From assembly GCA_044869275.1 (NCBI GenBank), contig JBIOXB010000112.1:1-22368 (forward strand): a DNA stretch of 22,368 nt, in the 5' to 3' direction. The notes beneath the pieces were generated by a model. It had not been told where the DNA came from. It did not search any database and saw only the letters and a program-made list of their open reading frames with translations. This document shows, piece after piece, positions 1-8,525 of this stretch (within the stretch, counting starts at the first letter, position 1; each line of letters opens with the position of its first letter). Source of the DNA: a bacterium (GTDB lineage: Bacteria; Zhuqueibacterota; Zhuqueibacteria; Zhuqueibacterales; Zhuqueibacteraceae). A program made the translations under genes and the position numbers.

Positions 1-58
1 TCACCACGATCTTGATCATATTGCGCCTTATTTTTCATTTCTTTACTCTTGCACACAC

Positions 59-718
59 ATGCCCGAACTTACCAACTCCGAAATTGATCTCCTGGTTTTT
101 GATTTGGACGGCACTTTGATTGATACCCGCCTGGATCTCACCAATGCCGTGAATTACGCCCTGCAGCAATCCGGAAAAGCTCCGCTCTCAGTGGCAAAAG
201 CGACCACCTTGGTGGGCGATGGCGTGCGCGTCTTTCTCGAACGCGCGCTGGCAGGGGAGTCCGAAGAGGTGCTGGCAAAAGCGCTCGCCTGGTTCCGCCA
301 ATTTTATGCCGGGCATCTTGCCGAATATTCCCGGCTTTATCCCCACATGGATGAAGTGCTTGCCCATTTTCACAAAAAAAAGCAAGCCGTGCTTTCCAAC
401 AAGCCGCAGGAATTCACCGTGGCACTGCTGCGGCACCTTGGACTTCAGGCTTCTTTTGAAATGGTTATCGGCGGCAGCCCCGATTTTCCGCTCAAGCCGC
501 AGCCGGAAGCGTTACTAGCCATGCTCACCGAGCTGCAGACCCCGGCTTCGCGCGCTTTGATGATCGGCGACGGCGAAAACGATATTCTGGCTGGCAAAGC
601 CGCCGGCGTGAGAACCTGCGCCGTGACGTATGGCTTTCGCCCGGTGGAGAAACTGCTGGCGTTAAAACCCGATTTTGTGGCGCATGAGCCGCGAGAATTG
701 ATGAATTTGTTCATCTGA
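59..718 (+). CDS. gph: HAD-superfamily hydrolase, phosphoglycolate phosphatase-like
   Basis: HAD motif I FDLDGTLID, motif II LSNK, motif III/IV KP..P and IGDGENDI.AGKAAG; 219 aa. Confidence 0.8.
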   Translation: MPELTNSEIDLLVFDLDGTLIDTRLDLTNAVNYALQQSGKAPLSVAKATTLVGDGVRVFLERALAGESEEVLAKALAWFRQFYAGHLAEYSRLYPHMDEVLAHFHKKKQAVLSNKPQEFTVALLRHLGLQASFEMVIGGSPDFPLKPQPEALLAMLTELQTPASRALMIGDGENDILAGKAAGVRTCAVTYGFRPVEKLLALKPDFVAHEPRELMNLFI

Positions 719-745
719 TATTGGTCCGCCGCGATCAATGTTTTT

Positions 746-808
746 TCGTATCATGTATTACGAATGAGGCTTTACGTAAATCCTAATGCGTGAAGTGTAA
801 TGCACAAT
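746..808. repeat. Degenerate heptamer tandem array (consensus about NCGTAAT)
   Basis: Nine units keep a 7-bp register: tcgtatc atgtatt acgaatg aggcttt acgtaaa tcctaat gcgtgaa gtgtaat gcacaat. Contains the palindrome tttacgtaaa (771-780). Confidence 0.4.
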
Positions 809-853
809 ACTTAAGAATCTCTCGGCCCGATCCAGACTGAACACGAGCGCCAT

Positions 854-2233
854 ATGCCTTGCAGCCCCGCTAATGCTACACCACGAAGTCAAGCCGGCGC
901 CATTACTCTACCTCTTCCCATTATTGGTTCGCCTCCACTGCGCAAACGCTCGCTGGGGTGGTCCAGCCTGCTGTGCATGGTCTATGTCACGGTGTGCGCC
1001 GGGCCTTTTGGTTTGGAGGAATTGGTGCCGGCAGTGGGCCCGGGGATGACCTTCTTCTTCTTGATTTTTACACCGATCTTTTGGGGTCTGCCGCTGTTGT
1101 TCATGTCGGCCGAGCTTGCCAGTGCGCTGCCGCTGCAGGGCGGCATGTATCAATGGGTCAAAGCCGCCTTTGGCGATTTTTGGGGATTCCAAGCCGGCTG
1201 GTGGTGGTGGCTCAGCTCGTTTTTGGATTGCGCCATCTATGCCGTCCTGGTGGCGGATTATTTTCAATTTTATTTTCCGCGCCTGGGCGAAACGGCGCAT
1301 TGGGGTATCGCGTTGAGTGTGATCTGGTTTTTTACCTACCTAAACGTGCGCGGCATTCAAGTGATCGGAACAAGCTCGATTTTTTTTGTTCTGTTCATGA
1401 CCACACCATTCGTTCTAATGATCATACTGGGCGCGCCGCAATTCGGGCACAATCCTCTGATGCCGCTTTTGCCGGAGGGAAAAAGCGTGGTGGAAGTCCT
1501 GAGCACGGGCATGCTGATGAGCATCTGGTTCATCAGCGGCTTTGAAGGCATGTCCACCGCCGCAGGAGAAATTCAAGACTCCGAGCATGCGCTGAGCCGC
1601 GCCTTGCTCGTCGTTTTTCCCATGATTCTCGCCAGCTACGGCTTGCCGCTTCTCGTGAGCCTTGCGGTCGATCCGCATTGGGCCAGCTGGCAGGCCGGGC
1701 ATTTCACGCACATTGCGGAAAAAGTGGGGGGCCGCTTTCTGGGCGGCTGGGTATCCCTGGCCGGTGTGGTCGCCAACATGGCCCTGTTCGGTACGTGGCT
1801 GCTGTCGTATTCGCGCATTCCGTTTGCCATGGCCAGCGACGGCTATTTGCCCAAAGCCATCACGCGTATTTCACCGAAATACGGCACGCCGGTAACGGCG
1901 ATCGTTTTGAGTGGCGCGATTTACAGTATTTTCTCCTTCGGGGATTTCAAAAGCCTGGTGCTGATCGACATTTGGGTGATTTTAGGAGGAATGGTGCTGG
2001 AATTTCTCGCACTGCTGCAATTACGTTACAGCCGCCCGGATTTGCCGCGCCATTTTCGCGTGCCCGGCGGCAAAGCCGGCCTTTACTTCACGGTCATTAG
2101 CCCCATCGCCATCGGCCTGTTCGCCATGTTCGGCAGCGGAAGGGAGTATATTTTGCCCGGCCTGGCTGCCGTTTCCACCGGGCCGCTGGCGTTTTGGCTG
2201 TGTAAAAACCTCTTGAAAGAACGGAACTGCTGA
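854..2233 (+). CDS. APC-superfamily amino acid/polyamine permease (PUT/RMV1/POT1-like)
   Basis: About 12 hydrophobic segments; motifs GPFGLE, AELASALP.QGG.Y.WV..AFG.FWGFQ.GW, GFE...T.AGE, SR.PFAMA.DGYLP, P..PR.FRVPGG. The true start may be downstream of 854. Confidence 0.85.
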   Translation: MPCSPANATPRSQAGAITLPLPIIGSPPLRKRSLGWSSLLCMVYVTVCAGPFGLEELVPAVGPGMTFFFLIFTPIFWGLPLLFMSAELASALPLQGGMYQWVKAAFGDFWGFQAGWWWWLSSFLDCAIYAVLVADYFQFYFPRLGETAHWGIALSVIWFFTYLNVRGIQVIGTSSIFFVLFMTTPFVLMIILGAPQFGHNPLMPLLPEGKSVVEVLSTGMLMSIWFISGFEGMSTAAGEIQDSEHALSRALLVVFPMILASYGLPLLVSLAVDPHWASWQAGHFTHIAEKVGGRFLGGWVSLAGVVANMALFGTWLLSYSRIPFAMASDGYLPKAITRISPKYGTPVTAIVLSGAIYSIFSFGDFKSLVLIDIWVILGGMVLEFLALLQLRYSRPDLPRHFRVPGGKAGLYFTVISPIAIGLFAMFGSGREYILPGLAAVSTGPLAFWLCKNLLKERNC

Positions 2234-2386
2234 CGTTTTTTGTTCCCCGCCTTCCGCAAAGTTTCACGATTGCCTTTAGAATGATAATAGAGAAACCCAT
2301 CCATTGGCGAACGAGAGCAGGAGCTCGACCGAAGGCTCGACGATGTCCCGCGACTGAGCGCTGAACATTTTTTTCTGAAGGTTGGT

Positions 2387-4075
2387 ATGCAGCCGTCACC
2401 TCACAAGGCCGTTTCTTCGGGTGAAAGATATGCCGTCGTCATTGGCATTAACACCTACCGTGATTCCACTATCCCGTCCCTGAGTTTTGCCGCCAACGAC
2501 GCCGTCGCCATGCGCGATTTTCTCGTGCACCCCGAACTCGGAAGATTCAAAAAAGAAAACGTCCACCTTTTGCTGGATCACGAAGCCACGCTAGGTGATA
2601 TTCGCTCGCAATTTGTGTATTGGCTGGGCGCGTGTGTGCAAAACCAGGACGAAGTGTGGGTATATTTCTCCGGGCGCGGAACAACGGACCGCACCTTCAG
2701 CACTGCTACCGGCCAGCCGTTCACCAACTATTTGATCGCGCACGACACTTTACGCGAAGATTTGCCTGGCTCCGCAATTTCCATCAAACAGCTGGACGAA
2801 TGGCTGGATCTATTGGGAGACCCCCGCGTCGTATTGCTGTTCGATTGCGGATTTAGCGCCATTGATCGTGGCCGGGCACTTGCCTCCAGCAAAGCGCCAG
2901 CGCTGGACGATTTTGCCTTCATGCCCGCGCTGGCGCAGGGCAAAAAAAGGTTCATCTTTGCCGGCACCGGGCCTACGGAAATTTCGGTGGAGGATACGGA
3001 GATTGAGCTGGGGCTGTTTTCGCGCGTGTTGCTCCAGCACTTGCGCACCGCCGCTTTGGCGCAAGGCACCTCGCGGATGACCTGGAATGATTTCTATCAA
3101 ACCGTCGCGGCCGAGGTGGCATGGCAGGCAGAGGCGCACGGCGCCATGCAGAAGCCGGTCAAGTTCGGGGTTTTAGCTGCCGAGCCGGTATTGGCTTATC
3201 GCTATGCTCTGGCGGCTCCGGTGATCATTCCCACGCCAGAATCCAAGCCGGCGCCCGAGCCCTGGCCGGCACCAGAGCCTGCCGTCATTTCCGTGCCGGA
3301 GATTCCGGTCGCTGCCGATTTCGCAAAGAAACCAACCGACCTGTACCAGACCAGTCTTCATAACGCCACGGCGGAACAGGAGGCTGAAGCTTTCGCGCCT
3401 GCAGAAGGCGTGGGGCCGGATGTGGTGACACGCGAGCATGTCGAAGAGTTGTTGCATCAGGCGAAGGAAGCAGTGCGCGGCGGCAACCTTATACGCGCGC
3501 AGGAGGCTTTGGAAAAAGCGATCGCGCTCGACCCGAATGAGCGCCGCGCCGCAACGGGTTTGCACAAGATCGAAGAAGCGATCCGCCAAGCCGACCCCAC
3601 GGATTTGATCAAAATGGCGTTGCGTTACACCGACGAAAAAAAATATTCGGAAGCGATGCGCTATTATGCCAAGGTTTTGGAACTGGATCCCAGGAGTGAA
3701 TCCGCGCGCTTAGGCATCGAATCGTGCCGCGAGCTGCTGGAAAAACAGACTTTGAGCAGGAACCCGAACGGCCGGCCGGGGCCGCCGCGGCCGGCGCTTG
3801 AGAAGCCGGCGCATCTGCATCACACCACTTATAATGAAACCATTTGGCCCTATGTTGGCTGGGTGGCATTGCTGGGCTGCATTTGGCGGCTATTCAGCAC
3901 GCCGGCGGAGGGCGACAGCACCGCGTGGATATTCTGGAAGACCGTGTACTCGGGGTTGGCTGGTGGGGTGATCGGCTTGATGATCGGCAGCGCGGTTTAT
4001 CTCGTCAAACAGCTCATCGCACATTTTGAAGATCGGCGTCTGAAGAGTATGGCTGACAATTCCCAAGTCCAGTGA
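2387..4075 (+). CDS. Caspase-like (peptidase C14) domain + Pro-rich linker + TPR repeats + two C-terminal TM helices; catalytic dyad substituted
   Basis: YAVVIGIN.Y....I.SL.FA.NDA, YFSGRG (canonical YFSGHG), LFDCGFSA (canonical DxCxSG), TPR-like A...LEKAIALDP and YAKVLELDP, hydrophobic C-terminus. Confidence 0.8.
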   Translation: MQPSPHKAVSSGERYAVVIGINTYRDSTIPSLSFAANDAVAMRDFLVHPELGRFKKENVHLLLDHEATLGDIRSQFVYWLGACVQNQDEVWVYFSGRGTTDRTFSTATGQPFTNYLIAHDTLREDLPGSAISIKQLDEWLDLLGDPRVVLLFDCGFSAIDRGRALASSKAPALDDFAFMPALAQGKKRFIFAGTGPTEISVEDTEIELGLFSRVLLQHLRTAALAQGTSRMTWNDFYQTVAAEVAWQAEAHGAMQKPVKFGVLAAEPVLAYRYALAAPVIIPTPESKPAPEPWPAPEPAVISVPEIPVAADFAKKPTDLYQTSLHNATAEQEAEAFAPAEGVGPDVVTREHVEELLHQAKEAVRGGNLIRAQEALEKAIALDPNERRAATGLHKIEEAIRQADPTDLIKMALRYTDEKKYSEAMRYYAKVLELDPRSESARLGIESCRELLEKQTLSRNPNGRPGPPRPALEKPAHLHHTTYNETIWPYVGWVALLGCIWRLFSTPAEGDSTAWIFWKTVYSGLAGGVIGLMIGSAVYLVKQLIAHFEDRRLKSMADNSQVQ

Positions 4076-4086
4076 TTTGATTAATT

Positions 4087-4578
4087 ATGGATACCAAGAC
4101 ATTCCTTGAAGATTTTTCCGAAGAGAATATTCTAAGATTATTTGGAAACGAAGCGGCAGAAAACGAGCCTATAGAGCGGCTTCGAGAATATTTATATTGA
4201 TGATCTTGATCGGGGATGGAGATGAAGCCCTATAAAAAAGAGAGAACAACTAAAGAAAGTTATTTCTTTACAACAGACGAACTTTTTAAGAAGCTCAATA
4301 AAATAATTGAAAAAGGTAGATTCGTATTTGCCAACAAACGCGAAGCTACTCACAAGGATTTGGCACAGTTCCTTTACAAGATCAATTTTCTTACCGCGAG
4401 AAAGGAACTATCCAACGGCTTAATTCAAAGAAAATATTTCGAAGAAAATAGATACTTGAGCACATGGCTCACAGATTTTGGCTATGCTTGGGAAATACAT
4501 CCAGCCTATCGATGGGCTTTGCAGCCAGACTCAATTGATGATCTTTTCAAATCCATTAAGCTCTCATCCGACGATTAG
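4087..4578 (+). pseudogene. Internally deleted remnant of a P-loop ATPase (Sll1717/FunZ-like)
   Basis: 4087-4200 encodes MDTKTFLEDFSEENILRLFGNEAAENEPIERLREYLY*. An overlapping other frame (about 4190-4219) reads IYIDDLDRGW, a Walker B-like motif. 4216-4578 ends in WEIHPAYRWALQP. No Walker A; AT-rich. Confidence 0.6.
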
Positions 4579-4642
4579 TAGCCGCTCTTTTGTTGCCCTA
4601 TCTGTGTACCACACTTTCCAAACCGCCATCAGAAAATAGATA

Positions 4643-4670
4643 TTGCATGCTTGCAAGTTTGTGCTATCTT
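4643..4670 (+). promoter_or_regulatory. Putative sigma70 promoter for the BrnT/BrnA-like operon
   Basis: TTGCAT-16 nt-TATCTT with an extended TGn before the -10; palindrome CTTGCAAG in the spacer (possible operator). Confidence 0.35.
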
Positions 4671-4742
4671 TATGCTGTGGCGCATGCTCAAGTTGTAGGG
4701 GTATAAGAGTTTGACGGTTAGGCCTAGTCTGGGGAGAACTGA

Positions 4743-5030
4743 ATGGGCTTGCTCTTTGAATGGGATCCGCAAAAGGCAGAAGCGAACTTCAAAAAGCACG
4801 GCGTGACTTTCGCTGAAGCTTCCACTGTTTTTTTCGATGTTTTCGCCGGCATCAGAGATGATCCAGATCATTCCGAAAGCGAAGAGCGAGATATTATCAT
4901 AGGAATGTCGAAAAAGCTTCGAATAGTGATAGTTGTTTTCACAGAAAGAAATGACGTTATTCGTATTATTAGCGCCCGTTTGGCAGTAAAAAATGAGAGG
5001 AAAAATTATGAAGAAAAACGGCATGGCTAA
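4743..5030 (+). CDS. brnT: BrnT family toxin (DUF497, RelE-like RNase)
   Basis: FEWD..KA..N..KHGVTF.EA..VF.D, D..HSE.EER...IG, VVFTER...IRIISAR.A...ER..YE; GGGGAG RBS upstream. Confidence 0.9.
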   Translation: MGLLFEWDPQKAEANFKKHGVTFAEASTVFFDVFAGIRDDPDHSESEERDIIIGMSKKLRIVIVVFTERNDVIRIISARLAVKNERKNYEEKRHG

Positions 5031-5274
5031 AGCTGAAAAATGGGAAATGCGCAAAGAATACGATTTTTCCGCGACGCGCCCGAACAAATACGCCAAGAAA
5101 TATGCGGAAGGCACTAATATCGTGGTTATTGACCCCGATTTGGTCAAATTTTTCCCTGACTCGGAAAGCGTCAACGCTACCCTTCGCGCTGTCGTAGCTA
5201 TTCTACCAGAATCCAAACCTAAAAAGAAGTCCAAGAAAAGATCAGCAGCGGCGCCGCAAAAATCCCCCACTTGA
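5008..5274 (+). CDS. Putative antitoxin partner of BrnT (BrnA-like)
   Basis: Overlaps the toxin 3' end; EMRKEYDFS...NKYA..Y....N.V.IDPD...FFPDSESVN..LR pattern typical of BrnT partners. Start could be 4993, 5008 or 5023; GAGAGG lies before 5008. Confidence 0.75.
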   Translation: MKKNGMAKAEKWEMRKEYDFSATRPNKYAKKYAEGTNIVVIDPDLVKFFPDSESVNATLRAVVAILPESKPKKKSKKRSAAAPQKSPT

Positions 5275-5316
5275 AAGAGCAAAAGCTTTTGACCTCGCAG
5301 ATACCGAAAAAGTTCA

Positions 5317-6516
5317 TCATCCTCCCGGCTTGTGCCAATCCCTTTTCGGCTGATACGTGGTGCTGATTTTGTTGCGGCGCTGGTGCCGTTCCAGCGCGAG
5401 CTTGATCAATTCATCCAATAAATCCGGATAGTTCAATCCCGTGGCTTCCCACAATTTCGGATACATGCTGATCTGGGTGAAGCCTGGAATGGTATTGATC
5501 TCGTTGAGATAAAACTGGTCGGACTCGCGCTCCAGCAGAAAATCCACGCGCGCCATGCCTTCGCATTCGCACGCGATGTAGCCCTGGATCGCCGTTTCTC
5601 GAATCTTGTCTCCGAGCAGGGCCGGCAGCTTTGCCGGGATGTGAAACTCGGAGGCGCCATCGATGTATTTGGCGTCATAATCGTAAAACTCGTTCGAGGG
5701 TACGATCTCCCCGCACACCGAAGCGCGCGGCTGGAAATTGCCCAACACGCTCACCTCGATTTCGCGCGGCGACGACACCGCCTCTTCGATCAGAATTCTG
5801 TGATCATAACGTGCGGCTTCCTCGATGCCTGCCCCCAATTCTTCACGCGAGTGCGCTTTGGTAATGCCGACGCTCGAACCCATATTGGCCGGCTTCACGA
5901 ACGCCGGCAAACCCAGCGTGTCACAAATGATTTCGATCATCTGCTCTCGCGTCATGCCCCACAATTGCTGCGGCTGCACCGGCGCATTGTAAGGCTTTTC
6001 AATGGGATGCTGCCAATCGATGTACCGCAGCCACAGATAATCGACCACGGGAATGGCCGCTTGACGGCACAGCACCTTCTGCACGATCTTGTCCATGCAC
6101 ACCGCCGAGCCCAACACGCCCGCGCCCACATAGGGCAGATTCGCCAATTCCAGCAATCCTTGGATGGTTCCGTCTTCGCCAAAGGGACCGTGCAAAATGG
6201 GTATCACCACGTCGATTCTTTCCGACAGCGTTTCGAGCGCGGCAGACGGCTCCTGCATGCGCGCTGATGCCACCAGTTTTTGCTCGGTCGGATCGGGTGA
6301 AACAATGGCCATCGAACGCCCGGGCTCCTTGCCGCTTTGCAGTCCTGCCATGGACTGGGCGCCCACGAGCCAGCGCCCGGCTTTGGTAATGCCGATGGGA
6401 ACAACTTCATACTTCGATCGGTCGAGTGCATTCATCACGGAACTGGCCGACACCAGTGAGACTTCATGCTCCCCCGAACGCCCGCCGAAAATCACGCAGA
6501 CCCTGATTTTTTTCAT
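5317..6516 (-). CDS. ddl: D-alanine--D-alanine ligase (DdlA-type)
   Basis: [38 protein letters not shown], omega loop [26 protein letters not shown]. Start placed at MKKIRV, behind GGAGAAGG. Confidence 0.96.
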   Translation of the reverse strand: MKKIRVCVIFGGRSGEHEVSLVSASSVMNALDRSKYEVVPIGITKAGRWLVGAQSMAGLQSGKEPGRSMAIVSPDPTEQKLVASARMQEPSAALETLSERIDVVIPILHGPFGEDGTIQGLLELANLPYVGAGVLGSAVCMDKIVQKVLCRQAAIPVVDYLWLRYIDWQHPIEKPYNAPVQPQQLWGMTREQMIEIICDTLGLPAFVKPANMGSSVGITKAHSREELGAGIEEAARYDHRILIEEAVSSPREIEVSVLGNFQPRASVCGEIVPSNEFYDYDAKYIDGASEFHIPAKLPALLGDKIRETAIQGYIACECEGMARVDFLLERESDQFYLNEINTIPGFTQISMYPKLWEATGLNYPDLLDELIKLALERHQRRNKISTTYQPKRDWHKPGG

Positions 6517-6827
6517 AGGAGTGTGGTTCCTTCTCCGGCGACTCTCTGACAAAAAGATTCAAGCTTGCTCAGATTCATTCAAGATCTCACAAACCGCAGC
6601 AATATAACAAATCATGATTGAATAGCAACGATGAAAATCTTGTGCCATTTTTCCGCTTGAAATTCACGATTAATTTCTTAGTTTGCACTCATTCAACGCG
6701 CGTACACAGAAACAGTATGCAGGCTCCATTTTCCGGGAGCAGCAATGCACCCGCAGAAAATGAATTCCTGAATACTGCAATCGCTTGGCAAACAAAAAAT
6801 CATTCATCCTAACCTCTGGGCGGGTCT

Positions 6828-8525
6828 ATGAATCTTTCTTGGCAGATACTCACCACCGCGCCGCAGGAGACCGTGCAGCAGCTGGCGCGGGAGTTGAACG
6901 TGCCGCCGATCATCGCGCGCGTCATGCTCAATCGCGGTCTCGATTCGCATGCGGCCGCGCTGGCTTTCTTTCGCACCAATCTCGAGCACATGCATGATCC
7001 CTTTTTGATGGCGGATATGAGAGCCGCAGTGCTGCGGCTGGCGCAAGCGCTGGAGCTGGGCGAAAAAATCCTAGTGTATGGTGATTACGACGTCGATGGC
7101 ACCACGGCCACGGCATTGATGCGGCTGGCGCTGCGTGAGCTGGGTTTTGAAATTTCTTATTACATTCCCGACCGATTGAAGGAAGGCTACGGCATTTCCA
7201 AGGCGGGTATCGATTTCGCCAGGGCTCAAGGCGTGCGGTTGATCGTGTCGGTGGATTGCGGCGTGACCGCGAAGCAAGAGATCGCCTATGCGCGCGCGCA
7301 GGGCATCGACTTCATTGTCTGTGATCACCATCAGCCCGGCCACGAATTACCGCCCGCCAGCGCGCTGCTCGATCCCAAGCGCAGCGACTGCCCGTACCCC
7401 TTCAAAGAATTGGCAGGCGTCGGCGTCACGTTCAAACTGCTGCAAGGGTTATTCATGCATTTGCAGCGGGACACGCAGGCGCTGTTTCGCCATCTCGATC
7501 TCGTGGCCATCGGCAGCGCGGCGGATATTGTGCCGCTGGTGGATGAGAATCGCATTTTCGTCAAAGCCGGACTGGTAAAACTCAATCAAACGGAAAACGT
7601 GGGTTTGCGCGCGCTACTGCAAGTCTGCGGCCTGCAAAACAGCCCGATCACGACCAGCAACATCGTTTTCATCCTGGGGCCGCGCATCAACGCCGTAGGC
7701 AGGATGGGCGATGCCGGGCGCGCGGTCACGTTGCTCACCTCGCAGGATTTGGGGCAGGCGATGGAAATCGCACGCGTACTCGAAGTGGAAAATCGCGAGC
7801 GCCGCACCGTCGATGAAGAAACTTATCGTGAAGCGCTGGCCATGATCGAAGCGCAAGGGGAGGCCGAAAAACGGCCGGCATTCGTGTTGTATAAGGAAGA
7901 TTGGCACACGGGAGTGATCGGTATTGTCGCCTCGCGCATCGTGGAAAAATATTATCGCCCGGCGGTTCTGATTTCCCTGCACAACGGCATGGGGAAAGGC
8001 TCGGCGCGCAGCATCGCCGGGTTCGACTTGTACAGTGCGCTGCAGGCCTGCGAATCCTCATTAGCGGCCTTCGGCGGCCACAAATACGCCGCCGGCTTGA
8101 GTATTACCAGCGACAAAATCGACGCTTTCCGCATGCACTTCGAACAAGTCGCCGTGCAGAAACTCACGCCGGAAATGCTGGTGCCGCGCCTGTTGATCGA
8201 CGGCGAAATTCGTTTGCCGGAAATCGACAGCCGCTTCATGAAGTTTCTGGACGCGCTTGCGCCGTACGGGCCGCAGAACATGCGCCCGATCTTTGTCGCG
8301 CGAGGTTTGCGTGTGGTGGGCACGCCGCAAATCGTGGGCAACAATCACTTGCGCTTTTTTGTCATGCAAAACGACAAAAAACTGGACTGCATCGGCTTTA
8401 ATCTCGGCGAGCAACTGCCGCGCCTGCAGAACGGCCGCGGTGAAATCGACATGGCGTTTTTGGTGGAGGAAAACACCTGGCAGGGCCGCACCACGATTCA
8501 ATTGCGCGTGAAGGATATTCGATGA
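6828..8525 (+). CDS. recJ: Single-stranded-DNA-specific exonuclease RecJ
   Basis: YGDYDVDG, P.R..EGYG, VDCG, DHH, ADIVPL..ENR, PRINA.GR, GIVASR, GSARS, GGH..AAG, PYG..N..P. Confidence 0.97.
   Translation: MNLSWQILTTAPQETVQQLARELNVPPIIARVMLNRGLDSHAAALAFFRTNLEHMHDPFLMADMRAAVLRLAQALELGEKILVYGDYDVDGTTATALMRLALRELGFEISYYIPDRLKEGYGISKAGIDFARAQGVRLIVSVDCGVTAKQEIAYARAQGIDFIVCDHHQPGHELPPASALLDPKRSDCPYPFKELAGVGVTFKLLQGLFMHLQRDTQALFRHLDLVAIGSAADIVPLVDENRIFVKAGLVKLNQTENVGLRALLQVCGLQNSPITTSNIVFILGPRINAVGRMGDAGRAVTLLTSQDLGQAMEIARVLEVENRERRTVDEETYREALAMIEAQGEAEKRPAFVLYKEDWHTGVIGIVASRIVEKYYRPAVLISLHNGMGKGSARSIAGFDLYSALQACESSLAAFGGHKYAAGLSITSDKIDAFRMHFEQVAVQKLTPEMLVPRLLIDGEIRLPEIDSRFMKFLDALAPYGPQNMRPIFVARGLRVVGTPQIVGNNHLRFFVMQNDKKLDCIGFNLGEQLPRLQNGRGEIDMAFLVEENTWQGRTTIQLRVKDIR

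Noticed and set aside
1..58. Possible start of a divergent minus-strand gene at the window edge
   Set aside because: Only about a dozen codons are visible; unsupported.
4629..5282. 217-aa minus-strand ORF
   Set aside because: Antisense to the clear BrnT/antitoxin pair; no family motifs.
5317..6516. Possible VanA/VanB-type D-Ala-D-Lac ligase
   Set aside because: The omega loop is FYDYDAKY (Tyr type), and there are no vanH/vanX neighbours.
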